Shown here in pieces: positions 11,427 through 25,085 of a stretch of DNA of 64,000 nucleotides; the first letter of the stretch is position 1; the number at the start of each line of letters is the position of its first letter. The stretch lies in the NCBI RefSeq assembly GCF_009914755.1, contig NC_060934.1. One strand, given 5' to 3'. The notes below the pieces were generated by a model that worked only from the letters and a program-made list of their open reading frames with translations, was not told the DNA's origin and ran no database searches. Source of the DNA: the human T2T-CHM13v2.0 reference genome, Homo sapiens. The position numbers were made by a program, and so were the translations under genes.

Positions 11427-12960
11427 AAACCCTGTTCTTGGGTAGGGTGGTTATGATTTTTTAGATTGAGATAGCATCCTCTATGAAGTGAGGGCACTTT
11501 ATGAAAGGGACTCTATTTCTCTTGTCCTTTCATACTTGGAGAAATGTTAAATAGATAGAAACCAACCTGGATTACTCCAGTCTGAACTCAGATCACATTA
11601 ATTGACTTTAATCATTGAATAAATGAATCCTTAACTGTGGTTACACCATTAGGATGTCCTGATCTAACATCAAGGTCATAAACCCTATTGTCAATATGAA
11701 CTGTAGAATGGATTGTGCTGTTATCCCTAGGGTACCTTACTCTGTTGATCAAATTATTGGGTCCATATGTATTAACTCACTTAGACTAGTGCAGTCTTAG
11801 TGTAGGTTGTTCAGAGGTTGAATTATGCTCCAAGGTCACCCCAACCAAAATTTTTAATGCAAGAATAGTAGGCTAGAGCCTGTAGGCTTGTTTGAGTTTT
11901 AATTTGCATTAATGAATTAAAGCTCCATAGGGAGCTTCTCATCTTATTTGTTTATATCTGCCTCTTCACGGATAGGTCAATTTCCCTGATTAAAAGTAAG
12001 AGGCAGCCAAACCCTCCTGTGGCCATTCATACAAGTCCCTATTTAGGGAACAAGTGATTATGCTACTTTTGCATGGTCAGGATACTGTGGCTGTTGAACA
12101 AATGTCACTGGGCAGGCAGTGCCTCAAATACTGGTAATGCTAGAGGTGTGTTTTTGGTAAACAGGCAGAGTATGATTTGCCGAGTTCCTTTTACTTTTTG
12201 TAATCTTTCCTTAGAGCATACCTGTGTTGGGTTAACAGTGTAAATAATAGGGTGTTTATTATATTGTTTATTAATATTAGGCTGTTAACTGTCAGTGGAT
12301 TATTCTGGTCTGATGTAAGCTTATGCAATGGAGAATGTCTTCATGTTACTTATACTAACATTATTGTGTCTATTAAGTAATAGATTAGTCCAGTGTGATG
12401 TTAGGAGTTCAGTAGAGTGATTAGAATTTAAGATAGATGTTGAACTTAAACATGTTCTTAATTGGTGGCTGCTTTTGGGCCAACTGTGGTGGTAATATTT
12501 TTTATTTTCTGTAGGAAGTTTGTTTCCTAGGGTCTAAAGAGCTGTCCCTCTTTAGACTAACAGTTAAACTTACAGGGAGGTTAAGTAATTCTGTGTATAA
12601 GCTTAAAGTTGAACTAGGAGTCTATCTTGAACAACCAGCTATCACCAGGCTCCATAGCCTTGTCACTTCTACTCATGAATCTTCCCACTATCTTGCCACA
12701 TAGGTGAGTGTGCTCTTTCAGCTGTTCTTGGGTAGCTTGGCTGGTTTTGGGGGACTTGGCTATAGTTCTCTGTGTAAAGTTATTTCTGGTTAATACATTA
12801 TGCAGAAGGCATAAGGGCTTGTCTTTGCTTTTCAGTGCTTGATACAGTTCTTTCATCTTTCCCTTACTGTACTAAGTCTATTGTGCCAGGCTAAAAATTT
12901 CTATCACCTATACCTTTATTTAAGGTAAATGGTTTGATTAAGATAGTTTGATAATATTTT
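11427..12960 (-). pseudogene. mt-16S rRNA (MT-RNR2) pseudogene, lacking about the first 30 nt
   Basis: Conserved 16S motifs on the minus strand, e.g. gtgatctgagttcagactggagtaatccagg, cctagggataacagcac, ctgtttaccaaaaacac. Confidence 0.96.
11952..12026 (-). CDS. MTRNR2L7: Humanin-like peptide ORF, 24 aa MATGGFGCLLLLIREIDLSVKRQI (expression not shown by sequence)
   Basis: ATG at 12026-12024, TAA at 11954-11952, translated by hand; 16/24 identical to humanin; matches the recalled humanin-like 7 sequence. Confidence 0.85.
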   Translation of the reverse strand: MATGGFGCLLLLIREIDLSVKRQI

Positions 12961-13070
12961 CATAGAAGTGTGTAGTTAAGTTTCATAGAATGTCTATGTA
13001 GTTAAGTGTTTTTGTGGTGGCCAGTAACAGTCTTTTGTTTTCATATTGAGCACTCCCTTTAAGATCTCTT

Positions 13071-13558
13071 ATTGCTCTACCGTAAAGATATATCCATGTG
13101 TATGTTCATCACAGTACTATTCACAACAGCAAAGACATGGAATCAACCTAAATGCCCATCAAGGGTAGACTGGATTAAGAAAATTTGGTCATATACACCA
13201 TGAAATACTATGTGCCCATAAAAAAGTATGAGATCATGCTTCTTGCAGCAGCAGCATGCATGGAGCTGGAGGCCATTATCCCAAGTCAACAGAAAACCAA
13301 ATAATGCATGTTCTCACTTATAATTGGAAGCTAAACATTGAATACACATGAACACAAATAAAGAAACAATAGATATTGGGGCCTACTTGAGGGTAAAGGG
13401 TGGAGAAGAGAAGGGATCTAAAAACTATCTGTCGGATACTATGCTTATTACTTGAGTGACAAAATAATCAGTACACCAAACCCCAGTGACATGCAATTTA
13501 CCTAGATTTCAAACCTGAACATGTACCCCCTGAAACTAAAACAAATTAAAAATCAAAA
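13071..13558 (+). mobile_element. Sense-oriented 3' end of L1 (probably the same element as 8256-13070)
   Basis: ORF2 end and 3' UTR, ...acatgtaccccctgaaactaaaa followed by an A-rich tail. Confidence 0.8.
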
Positions 13559-13684
13559 ATCCGTAAGCATAAGCAAGTATCCATTGCAATACTTTAGAAA
13601 AATCTAATAATTTATTGGGGAAGCAGGGTATCTTCTCTTAACTATAGCTCTGTCCTGATTTATGAGCAATTGCACCATATCATA

Positions 13685-14070
13685 TGTGATGGTTAATTTT
13701 ATGTGTCAATTTGGCTAGGCTATAGTACCAATATATTTGGCCAAACACCACCAGTCTAGATATTGCCGTGAAGATATTTTTTAGATACAGTAAACAGTTA
13801 AATCAGCAGACTTGGAGTAAAGAAGATTACCTTCCATAATGTGGTGGGCATCATCCAATCAGTTGAAGACTGTAAAAGAAAAAGACTGAGGTCCCCAGAG
13901 GAAGAGGAAATTCTGCCTCCAGACTCAAGCTGCAACATCAGCTCTTTCCTAGGTCTTTAGCCTGCTAATTTGCCCTGAAGATCTCAGACTTAGACTTGCT
14001 ACCCTTTTGCACTGAGTCACAGCACATGAGCCAATTCATTAAAGTAAATATTAAAGTAAATCTCTCTAGG
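13685..14070 (+). mobile_element. MLT2 (ERVL) LTR
   Basis: tgtgatggttaattttatgtgtcaa start; agattaccttccataatgtgg motif. Confidence 0.8.
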
Positions 14071-14175
14071 TAGGTAGGTAGGTAGATAGATAGAACACAC
14101 ACACTCACTCACACACACATACACATACTTACGTGTGTGTGTGTGTGTATATGTATATATACACACACATATATG
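14067..14175 (+). repeat. Compound (TAGG)/(TAGA)/(CA)/(TG) microsatellite
   Basis: Seen directly. Confidence 0.9.
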
Positions 14176-14279
14176 AGTTTTTTTGGTATTTATGTTGCTT
14201 AAGGATCTTATGCTTCTTAAATATGTGACTTAATATGTTTTACCAGTTTCAAAAAATTACCTCTTCACATATTTCTTTT

Positions 14280-15430
14280 AGCCATAAAACATCTTTTAAA
14301 GGGCTAAAGGAAATTAAATTTTAAACACACTTGCACCCCAAACGCATACAGAAATACTAGTAACAAACTATAGAAATGATCCCTGAAAGTATAATCTTGA
14401 AATACTAAGAGTTCTTCAGAGTCATATGTCTAGGTGGAGGGAAGGGAAGGAAAAATCAAAAGTACTAAATCTAAAAGAAGGTCATGAAAGAGAGCAAAAG
14501 GAACACAAAAGGTAGTCAATAGAAAACCATAGTAAAGAGTTCATTTAAATCCACTGTAGAAAACAAAATGATGGAAAAAGATGTATCAGGCAAAAGCTAA
14601 CTTAAAAGAAACCTTGGATGGCTATACTAATATGGTACAAAGTATACCTGAAAGAATAAACATTAGTATTGACAAAAAGGACTTTTATGAGTCTAAAATA
14701 ATCAACTAAAAGATGTATAATTCTACATTTGCATGCTCCTAATAATATAGTCACAAAATATGTAAACTCAGAACTTTCAGAAATAAAAAGAGAGGCAAAT
14801 CTGCAGTCATAGTTGGTGATTTTCACACACTTCACTCAGTAACTGATAAAATATTTTGGTGTGGATAGAACTTGCATATGCTGTTGGTTAGAGAGTAAAT
14901 TGGAACACTCACTTTAAAAGACTCTGACATTATTCATTGAAGTTGAATATACACATAGCCTATGGCCAGAGATTTTCCTCCCAGGGTATTGCCAATAGAA
15001 TATCAAGAAATATGTACAAATGTTTACAGAGGCTATAGTTGTAAAAGGCAGACTGTAAATAACTGAAATGATCATCTATTGTAGAACTAGGAAATTTATT
15101 TGGATTTCATAATGATGATGGATTATCATCAGCAGGAAGAAAGAATGAACTAATATTATGTGCAATAATCTAAATGAATCTTACAAACATAATGACAGGT
15201 GAAATAAGTCAATTACAAATAATTCAAACCATATCATTCTATGAATAGAAAATTCAAAAAAATTCAACATAGTCTTATAAGTCAACGTGCCAGCTATATT
15301 TGGAAAGAGGCAATAGTCAGTGGAAGAGAACACAAGGGAAGTTCCTGAGACTTAAATAAAGTTCTATTTTCCTGAGACATGGATAGTGGCTTAATGGGTA
15401 ATTTATTTTTGTGATAATTCAGTAAGCTTC
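14280..15430 (+). mobile_element. Degenerate L1M/L1ME fragments
   Basis: A-rich L1-like motifs (aatgatggaaaaagatgtatcaggcaaa; catagcctatggccagagatt). Confidence 0.55.
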
Positions 15431-15633
15431 TACTCATGAATATTCCCACTTAAGAGTGGAACACTTTATTTTATCCAAAATCTATTTTCAAGTTAAAGCA
15501 TGCAATAGCATTGTGCAAAAACCGATTTACCTGATGAATTTAATCCTGTTCTATTGAATCATCACTTTCAAGTTCTACTCCTGAAGACAGGCTTGGTGTA
15601 CCCTTTCAGGGCATTCGCAATATTCTCTAGTGA

Positions 15634-18513
<2,880 letters not shown>

Positions 18514-19084
18514 AGAATTCAGAAGTGCCCTAAAATATTTAAATTGCAGGAACTATGTGTTTCGAAGTGTTTATCTGTGAGAAACTTTTCAAAACACAGC
18601 AAAAAGTGTACTAGTAAACTTGTTCTTCTATGTTGGCTTGGGAAATTATATCACTAAAGATGTATTAATGTTGCTAAATTTCACTGCATGAAATGTTAAA
18701 TGTTCCGCATTGGATTTGTGGTACCAGAGTTTTAAAATGCTGTTTTTTTAAAAAAAAAAAAAAGAGAAAAGAAAAAAATCTATGTGAGTACTGTGTGTTA
18801 TATTAGCAATCGACTTTTTCCAGAAGAGTAAAGGAGTGATTCAACCTATTAGTTATAAAAAGGATATTACATATGATAGGACTGAGGATAGCAAAGTGTA
18901 CATGTCTGGAGTAGAGAGTAAGGGGTACTTTTACATGTTAAATATAGACACACATGGAGGCACTCATAACCTGCACACACAGCCTGAACTCTGACACAAT
19001 ATGTCTGTGCTTTTCAAATTGTCAATCTCAATCTTTTAGTGATCCATGACATCAATGCATAGGTTGGGACCAGAATTTTTTAAT

Positions 19085-19200
19085 GAAATAAAGTAGAACA
19101 AATTAGAATGAAATGAAATGGAGTAGAGTGGAGTAGAGTGCAGTGGAATGGATGGAATAAGAGGAGATGAGATGAAATAGAATAGAATTGAATAGAATTC
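19085..19200 (+). repeat. Degenerate (GAAAT/GAGTG/GAATA)n pentamer repeat
   Basis: Seen directly. Confidence 0.85.
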
Positions 19201-19501
19201 AGTATCAGTTTTGTTTCTGTTTTCATACCTGTGCTTATAAGTACATATTGTAAAATGCATCTTTTACTTTGGGCCAAAATGGTGGAAGCCATTGAGCTAC
19301 ACTACTGTACTTTATACAGAAGCCAAGTAACATTTTAAGGGGTTAATCATTTTTCTGTACCTGAGTGTTGAAGTTGGTTTTGATAGTGATTGATGGGAGA
19401 GGAAGAAACCTGAAGATACCAGTGATTACTACACATCTTGAGTTCTGTCTTTCACAGTTTGCCTGAATGGAAGTGATGGTGCTGGCACAAAACCAATTCT
19501 T

Positions 19502-19806
19502 TGCCTGAATGTTTGTGTTCCCCCAAAATTTGTATGTTAAAACCTAAACACCAAGGTGATGATGTTAGAAGTTGGGGGTCTTTGGGGATTGATTAGGTCA
19601 TGAGAACGCCATCCTTGTGAATGGGATTAATGACATTGTGAAGGAGGCCCCAGAAGAAGCCTTGCCTCTTCCACCATGTGAGGACACATGGAAGGCACCA
19701 AATCTGCTGGTGTCTTGATCTTGGATTTCCCAGCCCCCAAAACCGTTCTAGTATTTATAAATTACCTAGTCTAAGGTATTTTTTTACCGCAGCCTGAATA
19801 AAGACA
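19502..19806 (+). mobile_element. MLT1A-like LTR
   Basis: gaatgtttgtgttcccccaaaatttgtatgttaaaacc...gcagcctgaataaagaca. Confidence 0.7.
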
Positions 19807-21409
19807 ATTCATTATCCTCTTTCATCAGACTGGCACTGAATGTGCTTGCCTATGCTACAGCTACTGGAGATTTTGCTGTTTGCTTTGTGTTACTATTTGG
19901 TCTTACAGTTATGAAATGGGTAGAAATTATTCTCCCACATCCTTGCATCCCTCTGCTTTTTTCCTCTCCCTTCCCTTTGTTGCATTTGGTTCAGAGAATG
20001 TGTGTCCTTATGGTAACACTTCATCCTGGCTTCCCAGACTCCTCACTTCAGGGATCTATAAGGTGATTCTTTTTTTTCTCCTGTTTCTTTGAAACTTACC
20101 TGATCTCCATCTCATGACTCTGTGGCCTTACAGATGATCACCCAAGTTATTTTTCAGACACTGATTCAGACTGAAATAGTACTCGATGTGTATGTGGCAC
20201 CTTCTAGGAGGTATTTTTATTTCTAATGAAAGCAGAGTATTAATGAAAAGGAATGAAAATAGCATAGGAGGCATATTTGGCTATAGTGGAAGCGGATTGC
20301 GGAAATTTAGAAAGTTTCTTTCTTATAAGGAAACCAAGAGAACCTCTGCCTAAACATACAACTGGTCTTCATTAAAGCTCCAGACACTCTTTTAGTCTGT
20401 TTCAAGCATGACAAAAATTAAGCCATTACTATATTTAAAAAATTATTTAAACAATTTGTTACTGAAGGCAAATTTAGAAATAGAACCAAGAAACTTTATT
20501 TATTTTGTCAACACTCTACTGAGCAATTATAACTTGAAAACTTACATTATTATTTATCCCTACTCTTTCTTTGCTATTTTGGCCCAAAATGTGCTGAGTT
20601 TTTCTGATTTGCACCCAGAATGTTTTGTTCCTTGCTTTGATCCCTCCTTTCTTTTCCTGTAGCAACTGTATTCATTTTATCTAGATGGAATATTTCAAGA
20701 GCCTCACAGTTTCTTCTCTTCCTCTTATTCATTCACGTTTTCATTTGTATTATACCTTCAAAACCATAGTTCTGATCATTTCACTCACTTGTGCAAAATC
20801 ATATGTGTGCCTCAATTACCTATAGAATAAAATCCAATATTCTTCCCTTTGCTTCAAATTCCTCAACCATCTGGCTTCATCATTCCTTTTACTCATTAGC
20901 TAAAAGAAATTAATTGCTACTCATTGAATAGCCCACATACTTCTGTAATTATACTTTTGGTTACTCTTGTGCATACATCTTACTGGAATTTCCTTCCTAC
21001 AGTGTCTGTGGTCCAGAATCCCTTATAATTTTCAAGGACCAGAAGAAATACCACCTTCTCTAAGACACCCACAATACCTGCTTCACAGAATGAACATAAT
21101 CTCTTTTCTCCCCTCATAACTATCCTAGCACTTTGTGTGTTAAATTCTTGACCACTTTTTTCTTGTTTAATATTTTTACTTGAGAAAAACTTTATCTATA
21201 GTAAAATGAACAATTCTCAATAATATAGTTTAATGTGTGCTAAGAAATGCTTACACCTGAAATAGAGATACAGAGTATGTACATTATCTCAGAAAATTCC
21301 CTACGGCCCTTGGATAGTCAATCCCCACTACTGCTCCTTGCCAAATGCAACTAGTGTTCTGACGTCTTTGACTACAGATTATTTTTGCTATTTCTACAAT
21401 TTCATATAA

Positions 21410-21743
<334 letters not shown>

Positions 21744-23740
21744 TAAACTGTATTTGAGAGTCAGTCACGTTTTATCAGTAATCACTCATTTACTATTTTT
21801 AATGCTTAGTTGTATTCCACTGGATGAGTACAACACAATTTGTTCATTCATGGATGAAAATTTATTATTGTCCGTTTTTTGGCTATTATGAGAAAGTCAC
21901 TATGAACAATCTTTTTATGAACATACATTTTCATTTCTCATGGATAAATAATGCCAACTGTATTCTCATGGATGAACCTGCCAGATTATTTGCCAAAATG
22001 GTTAAAACCTTTTATACTCCAGTGAGTAATGTATGAGAGCTCCAGTTGTCTACCTCTTCAATAGTTGATGTCAGTCCTTTTAACTTTAACTGTCTGGTGG
22101 GAAGGTAAGTTAGCACAGTTATAATTTTCATTTCCCTGATGACAAAAGCTGTTGAGCTCTTTTCATGCACAAATTGATAATTTATATTCTTTAGTAAAGT
22201 GTCTGTTTAAAACTTTGATCTAATTTTTAAACTTTGTTGTTTGCCCTTGTATTATTGAATTATGGGAGTTCTTTATATATTCCAGGTACAAATTATTTGT
22301 TATATGTATTTATTGTAAATGCTTTCTTCCAATTTGAGGGCTGACTATACCTGTTCTAAGTAGTGTTTTTTGATAAGTACAAGTTTCAATCTAGATTATG
22401 ACCAATTTATCAAGCCCACATTTGGGACTCTCATTATCTAAAATAATGTCCAGGTGCAGATGAGGCCTTGCAGATGAGTTTCTGCAAATACAGTTTCTCC
22501 AGTCAGAAGATCTATGAGCTAAAGATATCACCTGCTTCCCAGGCACCCAATGTGCAAGGGTAAGATCAGCAGAGCAAAACCACTGTAGATGTCCTATTTG
22601 AAGAAGAGGGAAACACGAGGCACTTCACACTCATTAGTCTATAGCAATTCTGAAATGCATGTGGGCACATGCTGCCAGTTCCTTGGCTATAACTTAGTTA
22701 GAAAAAGTCACTATTGCTCTCAGATTCACCCTCTGGATTCTTGGTCCCTCCCTGTGTGTCATCCAGCTGGTGTTTATGGCTAAGTACTTTCCTCAGGATC
22801 CCATATACATCTTGTGTTTTTTTTTGTTGTTGTTGGTTGTGTGTGTGTGTGTGTGTGTGTGTGTCCTGTGATCTCTTCTTTGCCCTCTGGGTTGCTTAAA
22901 AATGTGATTTTTGATTTTCATATATTTGGGGGATTCTACAAATATCGTTCTGCTTTTAATTTCTACTTTACTTCTGTTATGTTTGGAAAATACACTCTGT
23001 GTCATGTCAGTAGTCTTAAATTAATGAACTTATCTTATGTATCATTATATGGTGCATCTTTTTAAATATTCCATGTGTACCTGAAGAGTGTGTGTATTCT
23101 GCTGCTGGTTGATGAACTGTTGTATAAATATAAATTAGGTCAGGTGTACTGAGAGTGTTGATCAGACCTTTTATGTTCTTACTATTTTTTATTTTACTTT
23201 TGGTTTACTGTTTCTATTAATAATTGAAAGAGAAGAGTTAATATCTCCAATTATAATTGCAGATTTTTCTATCTCTCCTTTAATTATGTCAGTTTTTGTT
23301 TTATATATCTTGAATTTCTTTTATAAGGTGGATATATATGTCTCCTTGAAGAATTGAACCTTTTAGCATTATGAAATGCCCTTCTTTATCTCAGTTAACA
23401 TTCCATGTTTGAAGCATCTACTTTCTACCCACTCTAGCCATTTTATGATTAACGTTTGCATGGTATATCTTTTCCCATCATTGTACTTTTAACCTAGTTG
23501 TGTTCTTATATTTAAAATAAATCTCCTGTTAAAAGCATATAATGAATCTTGTATGTGTGTTTTCTAGATGGACAATTTGTACTTTAAATTAGAGTGTTTC
23601 ATCCATTTGCATTTAAAGTAATTACTGATGTAATTGAGTTTACATCCTGTCATTTCTCCCACTATTTGGCCCATCTATTCGGCCCATCTATTCTTTGTTT
23701 CCCTTTGCTTCTTTTCCTTACCTCTTTTGGATTAATAAGC

Positions 23741-23775
<35 letters not shown>

Positions 23776-24032
23776 TCTGTTTTATCTTGATTATTGTCTC
23801 ATTAACAATACACTTTTGTTTTAGTTTTAGAGGTGGGTCTATTGCAAATGGAGACCATATCATAGTCTCTGTCAAAAGAGCAATACTACTTACCACTTCA
23901 CATATTAGGTAAGAGATCTATAACAACATACTTTCACTGCTCCCTCATCCTTTATTCCACTGTTGTTGTATATTTTATTTCATTTTGTATATACCTCACA
24001 ATACATTGCCATTATTTTGTTTTAAGGTTCAA

Positions 24033-24328
24033 TTTTTTTGTTTTTTTTTTTTGAGATGGCGTCTCAGTCTGTTGCCCAGGCTGGAGTGCAGTGGCATGAT
24101 CTCGGCTCACTGCAACCTCTGCTGCCTGTGTTCAAGCAATTCTCCTGCCTCAGCCTCCTGAGTAGCTTTACAGGCCCCTGCCACCACACTGGGCTAATTT
24201 TTGTATCTTCAGTAGACACAGGATTTCATCATCTTAACCAGGCTGGTCTTGAACTCCTGACCTTGTGATCCACCTGCCTCAGCCTCCCAAAGTGCTGGGA
24301 TTACAGGTGTGAGCCATCACACCCAGCC
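24033..24328 (-). mobile_element. AluS
   Basis: Alu consensus; TSD taaggttcaatttttt on both sides. Confidence 0.95.
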
Positions 24329-24752
24329 TAAGGTTCAATTTTTTAAAACAAGTTTTTAAAAAAGAAAATGTCTTTATTTTTACCAATGTATTTCCTACTT
24401 CCATGGCTTTCATTTAGAAGTGTAATCCAAATTTCCACTTGACATTTTTCTCCTTTAGTCTGAAGAACCTTATTTGACATTTCTTTCAGTGCAAATTTGT
24501 GGTGCTGAATTCTTCTAACTTTTGTTTATTTTAAAATGTCTTTATTTTAACATCATTTTAAAAAAAAATGTTCACTGGTTATAGAATTCTAGATTGACAT
24601 GTTATCTTTTCTTTCAGTATTTTTAAGATAGAATTTCCATATCTTCTGGCTTGCATTGTCTTTTTTGTAAGAAACACAATACTTTTTATTTATGTTTTCC
24701 TTCTATTTGTGTGTATTATACTTAGTGTTTTGTTGCTTTTTAAGGTTTTCTC

Positions 24753-25085
24753 AGACTGGGAGCAGTGGTTCATGTCTGTAATCCCAGCATTTTGGGAGGC
24801 TGAGGTGGACAGATCACTTGAGGCCAGAAGTTTGAGACCAGCCTGGCCAACATGGCAAAACCCCATCTCTACTAAAAATACACACACACACACACAGACA
24901 TACACACACATATGCACACACAAAAAATTAGCTGGGCATGGTGGCTCATGCCGTAATCCCATCTTCTTGAAAGGCTGAGGCACAAAAATTGCTTGAACTC
25001 AAGAGGTGGAGGTTGCAGTGACCCGAGATTTTGTCACTGGACTAAGCCTGGGTGACAGAGTTAGACTCTGTCTTGGAAAAAAAAA
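24753..25085 (+). mobile_element. AluJ/S with (CA)n expansion in the central A-rich linker
   Basis: tactaaaaata(ca)n...aaaaaattagctggg. Confidence 0.9.

Larger units (their letters stand above)
10779..12960 (-). pseudogene. NUMT: mtDNA segment from near the 5' end of 16S rRNA through tRNA-Leu(UUR) into ND1 (roughly rCRS 1700-3890)
   Basis: Colinear similarity to mtDNA gene order 16S-trnL-ND1 on the minus strand. Confidence 0.97.
8256..13070 (-). mobile_element. Old primate L1 (L1PB/L1PA13-16-like), inverted 5' segment (ORF1 end and ORF2 endonuclease region), interrupted three times
   Basis: ORF 10485-10694 MTGSNPYISILTLNVNKLNAPIKRHR is the ORF2 N-terminus; L1 sequence resumes colinearly after each insertion. 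Confidence 0.85.

Noticed and set aside
12614-12856. 80-aa ORF inside the NUMT
   Set aside because: Chance frame in the rRNA pseudogene; not a mitochondrial-derived peptide I recognise.
19085-19200. Satellite II/III-like or CRISPR-like array
   Set aside because: Short degenerate pentamer microsatellite without unique spacers; eukaryotic context.
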